Below, in pieces: positions 37,725 through 47,261 of a stretch of 64,000 nucleotides of DNA. Under the pieces are notes generated by a model that saw only the letters and a program-made list of their open reading frames with translations, was not told the origin of the DNA and did no database searches. Location of the stretch: NCBI GenBank assembly GCA_034104345.1, contig JAXEDY010000015.1:2891-66890 (forward strand), read 5' to 3'. The position numbers and the translations under genes were made by a program. How positions within the stretch are numbered: position 1 is the stretch's first letter; every line of letters begins with the position of its first letter. This DNA comes from Christensenellaceae bacterium. Lineage in GTDB: Bacteria > Bacillota > Clostridia > Christensenellales > Borkfalkiaceae.

Positions 37725-38591
37725 ATGAGTTTTAAGCACACTTTTTTGCCCGACGAAAAATGGGTCGAAAAACTTATAAACTACATAAAAAAGGACGTCG
37801 ATTTTTATTCGTTCGGCGCGGGCATTACTTTAAATAAAAACGCAAAAAGTAACCCTATAAGCCCGTTATCGCATAGTTCGCTCGAAAAAAAGATATATTC
37901 GCTGGTTAAAAAATGCGTTCGCGGGTGCTTTAAGCAAAAAGGGCTCGTATGCTCGGAATGCGGGCTTGAACGCTGCAAAAAAAACGACGATTGTTCGTGC
38001 AGTAAAAAGGCGAAAACCGTCGCGCGCGAATTTATGAACAGCATACCAGATATCTGCGTTATGCTTTCGAAAGATGCCGAAGCGACTTTTAAAGGCGATC
38101 CTTCGTGCGAAGACGAAACCATCGTTAAAAATTGTTTCCCGGGGTTTTTCGCCATAAGCGTTTATCGCGTCGCGCACGAGTTTTATATAAGGCAAGTGCC
38201 GTATCTTCCGCGCATTTTAACCGAATACGCCCATTCGCGCACGGGAATAGACATAAACGCGGGCGCAAAAATAGGCAAAAACTTTTTAATTGACCACGGA
38301 ACGGGCGTCGTGATAGGCGAAACCGCCGAAATAGGCGACGATTGTCGCATTTATCAAGGGGTTACGCTGGGCGCATTGTCGCTTAAAGGGCGCTGCTCGG
38401 CAAGCGAAAAGCGCCACCCGACAATAGGAAACGGCGTGGTTATTTACGCAAACGCCACAATTTTGGGTGGCAGAACGATTATCGGCGACAACAGCGTTAT
38501 AGGAGGCAACACCTTTATCATAAGGTCGGTTCCCGCCGGAACGAAAGTTGTTACCGAACCCACGGTAATAGACGGCATAGTCGGCGAATAA
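37725..38591 (+). CDS. cysE: Serine O-acetyltransferase-like hexapeptide transferase with Cys-rich N-terminal region
   Basis: Contains GIDINAGAKIGKNFLIDHGTGVVIGETAEIGDDCRIYQGVTLG (LbH repeats). The N-terminal region contains CVRGCFKQKGLVCSECGLERCKKNDDCSC. Confidence 0.75.
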   Translation: MSFKHTFLPDEKWVEKLINYIKKDVDFYSFGAGITLNKNAKSNPISPLSHSSLEKKIYSLVKKCVRGCFKQKGLVCSECGLERCKKNDDCSCSKKAKTVAREFMNSIPDICVMLSKDAEATFKGDPSCEDETIVKNCFPGFFAISVYRVAHEFYIRQVPYLPRILTEYAHSRTGIDINAGAKIGKNFLIDHGTGVVIGETAEIGDDCRIYQGVTLGALSLKGRCSASEKRHPTIGNGVVIYANATILGGRTIIGDNSVIGGNTFIIRSVPAGTKVVTEPTVIDGIVGE

Positions 38592-38610
38592 AAAAGCACA
38601 AAAAAAATTT

Positions 38611-38644
38611 AAAAACCCGCCTATAAGTCGATGAACCCGCTTTT
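38611..38644 (-). repeat. Partial/degenerate hairpin-repeat copy R5
   Basis: AAAAACCCGCCTATAAGTCGATGAACCCGCTTTT, which resembles the left arm of R7. Confidence 0.4.
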
Positions 38645-38684
38645 CGGCGTTTTAACCGATTATAAAAACAAAAAAATCATTTTT

Positions 38685-38721
38685 AAAGCCGCGGCTGAAA
38701 AAAGTTGCGGCTTTGTTTTTT
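38685..38721 (+). terminator. Rho-independent terminator
   Basis: Stem AAAGCCGC / GCGGCTTT followed by GTTTTTT. Confidence 0.7.
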
Positions 38722-38852
38722 ATATTCCGTGTTTTAGCCATAAAAAACGGCTGTTTTTTAAAGTAAGTTGACCACAAGGTGTTAAAAAATACAAAAAACT
38801 AATAAAATCTTGAAATAATTGCATAAAATTTGTTTTAGATTTTTATATTCGA

Positions 38853-38881
38853 TTGACATTACGCCTTACATGGTATAAAAT
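38853..38881 (+). promoter_or_regulatory. SigA-type promoter of rny
   Basis: TTGACA (38853-38858), 17 nt, TAAAAT, overlapping TGGTATAAA. Confidence 0.5.
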
Positions 38882-38992
38882 AGAACGTGATAAAATTATA
38901 TACAAAGCGTTTGTCGCCGTTCTTTTTTTAACGCCTGCGTACAAACGTGTTTTATATCGTTTTATACTACAACTTAACGGGAGATTACAACA

Positions 38993-40597
38993 ATGCATTA
39001 CGAAATTTACTCCCTGTTCCTTATGTCGGCTGGCGCCACCGTGGGCATTGCCGTAGCCGCGGCTGCCGTTGTCGGCGCAATATGTTTCTTTATCGCTTAC
39101 AGATTATTCAAAAAACAGCACGACGACAGAGTTTCTGAGATGGAAAAAATCGTCGCAAAAATGAAAGAAGAAGCCGAAGCGGAATGTAAACAGATTAAAA
39201 AAGAAGCCATTCTCGAAGCAAAAGAACAGGACTTAAAAATGCGTAACGAATTCGAACGCGAATCTAAAGAAAAACGCGTCGAATTGCAAAAAATGGAACA
39301 GCGACTCGCTCAGAAAGACGAAGTTTTAAACAAGCGCGACGCAAACCTTCTTAAAAAGAACGAAGAAGTAGAAGAACAAAAACGCAAACTCGAAAGCAAA
39401 CTTGCCGAGAACTCGGCTCTTACCGAAAAACTTTCGAAACAGCACGAACTTATGGTTGCCGAACTTGAAAAAGTGGCGCAACTCAGCAGAGAAGAAGCAA
39501 AAGCGCAGATAATCGAAGCGGTTCAGGACGAAGCCCGTCACGACGCGGCGGTAACCGTTCGCCGCATCGAAGAAGAAGCCAAAGACGAAGCAGACAAAAA
39601 GGCGAAAGACATCATAAGCCTTGCCATTCAACGCTGCTGCACCGATCACGCTTCGGAAATAAGCGTTTCGGTCGTTCCGCTTCCCAACGACGACATGAAA
39701 GCGCGCATTATCGGGCGCGAAGGCAGAAATATCCGCGCGTTAGAAAACGCAACGGGCATCGAACTCGTTATCGACGACACGCCCGAAGTGGTTATTTTGT
39801 CGGGATTCGATCCCGTTCGCCGCGAAGTTGCAAGATTATCTCTTGAAAAACTTATCGCCGACGGCAGAATTCATCCCGCGCGTATCGAAGAAACGGTTGA
39901 AAAAACCGCCAAAGAACTCGACCAAAAAATCAAAGAAGCGGGCGAAGCCGCTATGTTCGATTGCGGTCTTTTCGGAATTCACCCGGAGATTATCAAACTT
40001 TTGGGCAGGCTTAAATACAGAACGAGTTACGGGCAGAACGTGTTACAGCATTCGATAGAAGTATCTTATCTTGCGGGGCTTATGGCTCAGGAGCTCGGCG
40101 TCGACGTAAATCTTGCCAAACGCGGCGGTTTGCTTCACGATATCGGCAAAGCCGTTGACCACGAAGTAGAGGGTACGCATATTCAGATAGGCACCGACCT
40201 TGCAAAAAAGTATAAAGAAAACAAAAACGTTATTAACTGTATACAGGCGCACCACGGCGACGTCGAACCAAAAACTATCGAAGCGGTTCTCGTTCAGGCG
40301 GCCGACGCAATTTCAGGCGCTCGTCCCGGCGCAAGGCGCGAAACCAGCACCAACTACGTTAAACGTCTCGAAGCGCTCGAAGGCATCGCTCAATCGTTCG
40401 GCGGAGTCGAAAAGAGTTACGCCATTCAAGCGGGCAGAGAAATCCGCGTAATCGTTAAACCCGAACAAATCGACGACGCAAAAGCCATGTTCCTTGCCAA
40501 AGACATCGCAAAAAAGATCGAAAGCGAACTCGAATACCCGGGGCAAATCAAGGTCAACGTTATCCGCGAATCGCGGGCGGTCGAATACGCCAAGTAA
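38993..40597 (+). CDS. rny: Ribonuclease Y
   Basis: N-terminal TM helix, a coiled coil, a KH domain ([13 protein letters not shown]) and an HD domain (LLHDIGKA). GGGAG SD. Confidence 0.95.
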   Translation: MHYEIYSLFLMSAGATVGIAVAAAAVVGAICFFIAYRLFKKQHDDRVSEMEKIVAKMKEEAEAECKQIKKEAILEAKEQDLKMRNEFERESKEKRVELQKMEQRLAQKDEVLNKRDANLLKKNEEVEEQKRKLESKLAENSALTEKLSKQHELMVAELEKVAQLSREEAKAQIIEAVQDEARHDAAVTVRRIEEEAKDEADKKAKDIISLAIQRCCTDHASEISVSVVPLPNDDMKARIIGREGRNIRALENATGIELVIDDTPEVVILSGFDPVRREVARLSLEKLIADGRIHPARIEETVEKTAKELDQKIKEAGEAAMFDCGLFGIHPEIIKLLGRLKYRTSYGQNVLQHSIEVSYLAGLMAQELGVDVNLAKRGGLLHDIGKAVDHEVEGTHIQIGTDLAKKYKENKNVINCIQAHHGDVEPKTIEAVLVQAADAISGARPGARRETSTNYVKRLEALEGIAQSFGGVEKSYAIQAGREIRVIVKPEQIDDAKAMFLAKDIAKKIESELEYPGQIKVNVIRESRAVEYAK

Positions 40598-40677
40598 TTT
40601 TTGCGCATAATTTTTCGCGCGGGAAAAACGCAATATGAAAAATTGCGCGCGGAAAGAAACCTAAAATAAACAAAATT

Positions 40678-40713
40678 AAAATACCTTCTCCGCTTGCGGG
40701 GGAGGTATTTGTT
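40678..40713 (+). terminator. Rho-independent terminator
   Basis: ATACCTTCTCCGC-TTGC-GGGGGAGGTAT followed by TTGTT. Confidence 0.7.
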
Positions 40714-40850
40714 ATTAAAGCGGACGGCAGATTTACTGTTAAACGGACGGCTGTTTTGCAACTAAAACGCTTAATTTTCGCTTTATTACGCACGCTATAA
40801 GCACTTAAAAGATACAAACACAGCAAGATTAAACCACGGGAAAGATAAAA

Positions 40851-42731
40851 ATGCGGGCTGATTTAGAACAAAAAATACGCTTATTGCCTAAAAACCCCGG
40901 CGTTTACGTTATGCTCGACGCAGACGGAACGATAATTTACGTCGGCAAGGCGAAAAACTTAAAAAATCGCGTAACGCAGTATTTTTACGATAACGTAAAA
41001 ACCGAAAAAGTTTCGGCAATGACGGCGAACATCGCCGATTTTTACTATATCATAACTAATTCCGAAGCCGACGCGCTGTCGCTCGAAAACAACCTTATAA
41101 AAAAGAACAAGCCCAAATACAATATCTTATTAAAAGACGACAAAACCTATCCGTATATCCGCGTAAACGTAAAAGAAGATTTCCCTTATTTCGAAGTGGT
41201 TCGGCGCATTAAAAAGGACGGCGCGCGCTATTTCGGCCCGTTTATGTGCGGCGTAAGCGCAAACGACATAATCGACACGCTTAACTTAACTTTCCGCCTT
41301 CGTTCGTGCCGCCAAAAACTAATAGAAGGCGGGGCGAAAAAGCGCGAATGTTTAGAATATCACATAGGGCGATGCGCCGCTCCGTGCGCGGGGCTTTGTA
41401 CGAAACAAGAATATTTTAAGCGCGTAGACGAAGCAATCGATTTTTTAAGCGGCAACGACGAAACGGCAGAGCAGATTCTGCGCGAAAAAATGCTTAAATT
41501 TTCGCAGAACGAAGAATTCGAACTCGCGCTTTTATACCGCGATAAAATTTCGGTTTTAAACAAGATAAGCGAAAAAAAGATAACCTCGCTAAACCGCTTC
41601 GTTTCGTGCGACGTAATATCGGTTGCCACCGACAACATTCACTCCGCCATAAACGTGCTTATCATGCGAGGCGGCAGAATGCAGGGAGGCAAGCACTTTG
41701 CTTTCGAAGACGGATCTATCGGCGAAGAAGAGTGCCTTGAAAACTTTTTAACCCGCTTTTACGATAAAAACAACGAACTGCCCGACGAAATTATTTTAAA
41801 CCGCGAAATTGCAAGCGAAGCGCTTTACGAAGAATATTTTATTAAAAATTACGGCAAAAAAGTGCGCATTTATTGCCCCAAACAAGGGCTTAAAAAGCAA
41901 CTTTCGAATATGGCGGAACTTAACGCGCGCGATTATCTTGAAAAAACGATAGATAAAATCAGGCACAAAGACGATATGACCGTTTCGGCTTGCGAGCGGC
42001 TTAAAACCGTTTTAGGCTTAAAAAAATATCCGCGCCGAATCGAATGTTACGATATTTCGAATATTTCGGGCGTGGATAAAGTCGGCTCGATGGTGGTGTT
42101 TATCGATGGGGTAAAAAGCCCCGAAGAATACAGGCGTTTTTTAATAAAAACCGTTGAAGGGAGCGACGATTTCGCTTCGCTTAAAGAAGTTTTAACCCGC
42201 CGTATCGAGCGCCTTAAAACCGATCCCGAACGTTTTGAATGCCCCGACCTTATAGTAATCGACGGCGGCAAAGGTCAACTTTCGGCTGTTAAAAGCGCGC
42301 TTGACGAAATGAATTTCGGCGGCGCCGACCTTATATCGATAGCCAAGCAGCAAGAAGAAATTTTTACCTTAAATAAAAACGAACCCGTAATTTTAGAGCG
42401 GCGCGATTATTGTTTAAGGCTTTTGCAAAGGTTGCGCGACGAAGCGCACAGGTTTGCCATAACATATCACAGGCAAACTCACCGCAAGCGCAGTTTCGAA
42501 AGCATTCTTTCCGAAATCGACGGCTTGGGCAAAAAGCGTATTCACGATTTGTTGCAAACGTTCGGCAGCGTTGCCGAAATTAAAAAAGCCACCGAGCAAG
42601 ACCTTTTAAAGGTTGACGGCATAGGCAAAGAAAAAGCCCGCGCCATAAAAGAATTTTTTGAAAAAGAAGATAAAAAACAAGGCAACGATACCAATAATAT
42701 AAGCAACAACGAAAACGAAAATAAAAACTAA
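40851..42731 (+). CDS. uvrC: Excinuclease ABC subunit C
   Basis: GIY-YIG domain (GVYVMLD..IIYVGKAKNLKNR), UvrBC-binding and endonuclease V-like regions, and a C-terminal (HhH)2. Confidence 0.97.
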   Translation: MRADLEQKIRLLPKNPGVYVMLDADGTIIYVGKAKNLKNRVTQYFYDNVKTEKVSAMTANIADFYYIITNSEADALSLENNLIKKNKPKYNILLKDDKTYPYIRVNVKEDFPYFEVVRRIKKDGARYFGPFMCGVSANDIIDTLNLTFRLRSCRQKLIEGGAKKRECLEYHIGRCAAPCAGLCTKQEYFKRVDEAIDFLSGNDETAEQILREKMLKFSQNEEFELALLYRDKISVLNKISEKKITSLNRFVSCDVISVATDNIHSAINVLIMRGGRMQGGKHFAFEDGSIGEEECLENFLTRFYDKNNELPDEIILNREIASEALYEEYFIKNYGKKVRIYCPKQGLKKQLSNMAELNARDYLEKTIDKIRHKDDMTVSACERLKTVLGLKKYPRRIECYDISNISGVDKVGSMVVFIDGVKSPEEYRRFLIKTVEGSDDFASLKEVLTRRIERLKTDPERFECPDLIVIDGGKGQLSAVKSALDEMNFGGADLISIAKQQEEIFTLNKNEPVILERRDYCLRLLQRLRDEAHRFAITYHRQTHRKRSFESILSEIDGLGKKRIHDLLQTFGSVAEIKKATEQDLLKVDGIGKEKARAIKEFFEKEDKKQGNDTNNISNNENENKN

Positions 42732-42779
42732 AATAAAAACGCCGACGATTCGGGTAATTAAACTAAAAGGAGAAGCAAA

Positions 42780-43727
42780 ATGAGCAGACTATCTAAAAAA
42801 GCCGAAAAAGATACTCTTATAACAAGCGTAAAAGAATTCGGCGAAACGCTTTCGCTCGAAATAATTTTCGAAGGGCGAAGCGAAATTTCAATATCGTCGA
42901 TAAGCGTATCGCGCCCCGGGCTTCAACTTGCGGGGTATTATAAACACTTCGCAAACGACAGGGTGCAGGTTATCGGCAACGCCGAACACGAATATTTAAA
43001 ATCGCTTGGAAGCGCCGCGCGCAAAAAGAGTTTAGACGACCTTTTTAAATGCGAACTTCCGTGCATGATAATCTCGCGCGAACTCGAAGTTATGCCCGAC
43101 ATTTTAGAGGCGGCGAAAAATTATAACTGCCCGTTGTTCCGCTCGCCTGCCATAACAACCGTGCTTATCCACGACCTTATGCTTTATCTTAACGACATGC
43201 TCGCCCCCACAACCGTCGTGCACGGCGAACTGTTAGACGTTTCGGGCGTAGGGGTTTTAATCACGGGCGAAGCGGGCATAGGCAAAAGCGAAACCGCACT
43301 CGAACTTATAACGCACGGGCACCGCATCGTTGCCGACGATTCGGTTTTGATAAAAAACACGGGCGAACTTCTGGTCGGCACATGCCCAAACAAAATCCGT
43401 TATTTTATGGAAGTCAGGGGACTTGGAATAATAAACGTTAAAACCATGTTCGGTCCAGGGGCTATCCGCCCCGAAAAAACGGTCGATCTGGTTGTGGACT
43501 TGGTTCACTGGGACGAAAAACGCGAATACGACCGCTTGGGCGATGAAAAAAATTCGGCAAAACTTTTAGGCGTAGAAATTCCCAAACACATTATCCCCGT
43601 AAGCCCCGGTCGCAATATCCCCGTGATTATCGAAACGGCGGCGCGCAAATACAGGCTCGAACAGTTGGGTTACAGCGCTCTCGACGAACTTATTTCGCTC
43701 AGTTTTGCAAAAACCGACGAAGTTTAA
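42780..43727 (+). CDS. hprK: HPr kinase/phosphorylase
   Basis: P-loop GEAGIGKSE and MEVRGLGIINV. AAAGGAG SD. Confidence 0.95.
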   Translation: MSRLSKKAEKDTLITSVKEFGETLSLEIIFEGRSEISISSISVSRPGLQLAGYYKHFANDRVQVIGNAEHEYLKSLGSAARKKSLDDLFKCELPCMIISRELEVMPDILEAAKNYNCPLFRSPAITTVLIHDLMLYLNDMLAPTTVVHGELLDVSGVGVLITGEAGIGKSETALELITHGHRIVADDSVLIKNTGELLVGTCPNKIRYFMEVRGLGIINVKTMFGPGAIRPEKTVDLVVDLVHWDEKREYDRLGDEKNSAKLLGVEIPKHIIPVSPGRNIPVIIETAARKYRLEQLGYSALDELISLSFAKTDEV

Positions 43728-43870
43728 GGTAAAATAACAAGTAAAGTCGCAACGGCACTATGCGCACAGCGTGTGCAATGAGTCGGATAAAGCAAAAAAT
43801 CCGCTTATCTGCCTTTTAACGCCTTTTTTTAAAATATCATATAATAGCGTTTGAACGGGGTTGCTTTATA

Positions 43871-45025
43871 ATGGAGCATTCTGATAATTCAAACGATTTG
43901 CAAAAATTCGGCGAGCAAGCAAGCGATTTTATTCGCGCGTTTGCCGGAAACAACGCGCCGATAGGCGTAGTAAGTGTTGCCGCGCTTAAAAACAATGCCG
44001 AAATTTTAAAAGATTTGTGTTGCCCCGCCGAATTTTGCGCCGTTATAAAAGCGAACGCATATGGACACGGCTTAATCGAAACAGCGCGGGCTGTCGAAAA
44101 CGTTGCCGATTGCTTTGCCGTAGGTTGCGTTTCCGAAGGCGCGGCGTTAAGGCAAGCGGGCATTTTAAACCCGATTTTATGCCTTATTCCCGCAAAAAAA
44201 TCCGAGTTTTCTCGCGCACGGAAATACGGAATAAAAATTTGCATAAACGATTTAAATTCGCTTAACGCGCTTAAAGAATTTGCAAAAACGCACGTTCCGC
44301 CCGCGTTTCATCTGGCGATAAACAGCGGAATGAACAGGCTCGGCATCGACGACGAATATCAGGCGAAAGCCGCGCTTAAAATTATATGCGATTGCGACCT
44401 GCCTTTAAGGGGAGTGTTTTCGCATTTTTATAACGCGGGCGATTTTTGCTCTTGCGAAAAGCAATTTAAGCGGTTTTTAAGCGTTGCCGAAGTTTTTAAA
44501 AGCGAATTTTCGGGCATAAAAACGCATATTTCGTCGGGCGGCGGGCTTTATTACGGCGATAAATTCAAACTCGACTGCGTTCGAGCGGGACTCGGCTTAT
44601 ACGGCTACGGCTATCCGCTTTTGCGCTCCGGCGGCGGCTTTTGCGAAAATAAGGCAAATTCGGTGAACGAAAGCGCGTTTTCAAACCTTAAACCCGCGCT
44701 AAAAATCTATGCGCCGCTTATTCAGACACGAAATTTATCGACGGGCGAAAGTTTGCTTTACGGCGATTATCGCTTGAACGGCGATCAAACCGCCGATATT
44801 TTAAGTTACGGTTATTATTACGGCGAATATTGCGGAATTAACGGGTGCTTGAACAAAACGTGCATGAACTTGTGCGCCGTTTCGGGCGGCGAAAAACGCG
44901 TTTTAATTGCGGACGAAAAATACGTTTGCGTTATGTCGAACGCACAAAAAACCGCGCTTAAAACGGGCGCAAGCGTTTATAACGTTTTAACGCGCGCAAG
45001 CAATATACAAAAATTTTATATATAA
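43871..45025 (+). CDS. alr: Alanine racemase
   Basis: PLP-lysine motif AVIKANAYGHG. C-terminal beta domain. Confidence 0.88.
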   Translation: MEHSDNSNDLQKFGEQASDFIRAFAGNNAPIGVVSVAALKNNAEILKDLCCPAEFCAVIKANAYGHGLIETARAVENVADCFAVGCVSEGAALRQAGILNPILCLIPAKKSEFSRARKYGIKICINDLNSLNALKEFAKTHVPPAFHLAINSGMNRLGIDDEYQAKAALKIICDCDLPLRGVFSHFYNAGDFCSCEKQFKRFLSVAEVFKSEFSGIKTHISSGGGLYYGDKFKLDCVRAGLGLYGYGYPLLRSGGGFCENKANSVNESAFSNLKPALKIYAPLIQTRNLSTGESLLYGDYRLNGDQTADILSYGYYYGEYCGINGCLNKTCMNLCAVSGGEKRVLIADEKYVCVMSNAQKTALKTGASVYNVLTRASNIQKFYI

Positions 45026-45096
45026 ACGATAAATAAACCCAAAAAGCTTGTAAAAGCGGAGTTTTACCGCTTTTTGGGCTTATAGCAAAGGAAATT

Positions 45097-46125
45097 ATGC
45101 GTATAATCGCGGGAAAATACAAAGGAAGAAAATTAAAAGAATTTGAAGGGAAAGACGTTCGCCCCACGTCGGACAGGGCGCGCGAAGGGCTTTTTTCGGT
45201 TTTGCAATTTGAAATCGAAGGTAAAACTTTTTTAGACGCGTTTTGCGGAAGCGGCGCGGTAGGGCTTGAAGCGTTGTCGCGCGGGGCAAAAAAGGTGATT
45301 TTAACCGACAAAGCGAAAACGTCGTGCATGCTCGCGCAAAAAAACGCCGATTCGCTCGGCGCGGTCGTTCGAGTTTTAAACACAGACGCGTTAAGTTATT
45401 TAAGCACGACCGGCGAAAAGTTCGACATAATATTTTTAGACCCGCCATATAAGTCGTCGGCTGCCGACGATGCGCTTGAAATTATAGCGCGGCGCAAACT
45501 TTTAAACGAAAACGGGCTTTGCGTTAAAGAAAGCGAAAGTGCCGTTAATCGACCTATTGACGGGCTTTTTATCGAAAAAACAAAAAAATACGGCATTGCG
45601 CACTTCGCTTTTTATCGTAAATGCGACGATAGCGCTTGCGTGTTTGCGGGCAGTTTCGATCCCGTAACGAAAGGGCATATCGAAATAGTTAAAAAAGCGA
45701 AAGAGCGTTTTGAAAAAGTGATAGTCGCTTTGGGTGTGAACGAAAATAAAACCTACACTTTTTATAAAAAAGCGCGCCTCGAAATGCTTGCCGCCGCATT
45801 CGGCGGAATTGAGGGCGTCGAAGTGACCGATTTCGACGGTTATCTGGTTGATTTTATGCGTTCGCGCCGCGTCCGTTACAACGTGCGCGGAATCCGTAAC
45901 GAAGCCGACGAAAAATACGAAGACGAAATGCTTAAATTTAACGAAAAACTTTACCCCGAAATAAAAAACGTTTATATAACGGCTGACGACGCGTTTAAAA
46001 ACGTAAGTTCTACGGCGGCAAAACTCGCTTTAAACGGAGAAAACGACGAAGCATCAAGCGAATTTTTAACCGAAGAAGTAGAGCTTATAGCGAAAAAATA
46101 TTTAAAAACGCTAAATAAAACTTAA
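45097..46125 (+). CDS. Fusion protein: 16S rRNA m2G966 methyltransferase RsmD + phosphopantetheine adenylyltransferase CoaD
   Basis: The N-terminal part has IIAGKYKGRKL, RPTSDRAREGLF, DAFCGSGAVGLEALSRGA and FLDPPY. The C-terminal part has FAGSFDPVTKGHIEIV and a TAAK-like motif. There is no stop codon between the two parts. Confidence 0.9.
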   Translation: MRIIAGKYKGRKLKEFEGKDVRPTSDRAREGLFSVLQFEIEGKTFLDAFCGSGAVGLEALSRGAKKVILTDKAKTSCMLAQKNADSLGAVVRVLNTDALSYLSTTGEKFDIIFLDPPYKSSAADDALEIIARRKLLNENGLCVKESESAVNRPIDGLFIEKTKKYGIAHFAFYRKCDDSACVFAGSFDPVTKGHIEIVKKAKERFEKVIVALGVNENKTYTFYKKARLEMLAAAFGGIEGVEVTDFDGYLVDFMRSRRVRYNVRGIRNEADEKYEDEMLKFNEKLYPEIKNVYITADDAFKNVSSTAAKLALNGENDEASSEFLTEEVELIAKKYLKTLNKT

Positions 46126-46147
46126 CAAGCACGATAAAATTAAAAGA

Positions 46148-47110
46148 CTAATAAACTTTAAAAACGGCGCAAAAAATCGCGCAAAACAAAAAAGCAAAAA
46201 CCGATTGAGTGATTTTTCCGAGCACGAAAATTTTTGTTTTGACTTTTGCGCTTTTTAAAAACGCAAGCGATTGCGCGATGACCGAAATTCCGCCGAACGC
46301 TATTATCGCCGAAATTAACGGTAACCGTAAAAATCCGCTTGTTACAGACAGCATTTTGCAACCTTTCGTGCATTCGATAAGCCCCGCCGAAAAAGCGGCG
46401 GCTTTTTGTTTATCGAAAAAAACGAACGATAGCAAAAATTCGAGAGGATAAAGAATTTTATAATCGCAAAGCACGTCGGATAAAACGTAAAAAACACATA
46501 TAAGCGTGCCTACCGTAATGCTTGAAACCGACGCCGAATATGCGCAGTCGGCAAGAAGATTTTGCGGCGGTTTTTTTTGCAAAAGCGGGGCTATAGGTCG
46601 ATTATCGCCATAAAACCTGAATAAAACTCCGTTAAAAACAGCCGACAAAACATGGCTTAAAAGCAAAATGGTTCCCGCGGTTTTGTTGCCTACCATAACG
46701 GTGCCTACGCTTCCCGCAACGAACAAAGGGCCCGAAGTAGAACAAAAAACCGACATTTTGGTTGCGGCGGCTTCGTCTATCGCGTTTTCGGCTTTGAGTT
46801 CGGCGATAAGCCGCGCGCCCACGGGATAGCCCGAAATAAAACTCATAATCTGCACGAAAGCGCTTATGCCGCTTGCGTTATATAAAAACTTTGTAACGGG
46901 TGAAAGTTTTAACGCGATTTTTTCGATTACGCCGAGTTTTGTAAGCATCAAAGTCAAAAAGAAAAAGGGCAAAAGCGACGGCAAAACGACCAAAGCCCAA
47001 AGTTTTAACGCCATAAGAGCCGAATTTATATATTTTTCGGGCTGCAAAATTAAAACGAGCGATAAGGCGCATAAAAAAATCGATAACAAAAAAACTCGAA
47101 ATTTTTTCAT
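46148..47110 (-). CDS. ylbJ: YlbJ-like sporulation integral membrane protein (nucleoside-recognition/Gate domains)
   Basis: Contains LPSLLPFFF, SGYPVGARL and STSGPLFVAG. It sits divergently next to rsmD/coaD, as in Bacillus. It contains the in-frame repeat copy R6. Confidence 0.75.
   Translation of the reverse strand: MKKFRVFLLSIFLCALSLVLILQPEKYINSALMALKLWALVVLPSLLPFFFLTLMLTKLGVIEKIALKLSPVTKFLYNASGISAFVQIMSFISGYPVGARLIAELKAENAIDEAAATKMSVFCSTSGPLFVAGSVGTVMVGNKTAGTILLLSHVLSAVFNGVLFRFYGDNRPIAPLLQKKPPQNLLADCAYSASVSSITVGTLICVFYVLSDVLCDYKILYPLEFLLSFVFFDKQKAAAFSAGLIECTKGCKMLSVTSGFLRLPLISAIIAFGGISVIAQSLAFLKSAKVKTKIFVLGKITQSVFAFLFCAIFCAVFKVY
46591..46608 (-). repeat. Hairpin-repeat core copy R6, inside the ylbJ-like CDS
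   Basis: The plus strand reads CTATAGGTCGATTATCGC, and the sense mRNA reads GGCGATAATCGACCTATAGCCCC. It encodes ..GDNRPIAP... Confidence 0.65.
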
Positions 47111-47261
47111 ATTCTATTGTATTAAAAAGGATATTGTGTTATCATATTTAAGTAAAAATAACTAAAAAATTAAAACGATTAAAAACGATTGAAACGCCCG
47201 CAGGAAAACGCACTCGAATTTTTTCGACAAAAAGGCGATTTTTCGTTGGCAAAAGGTAAAA

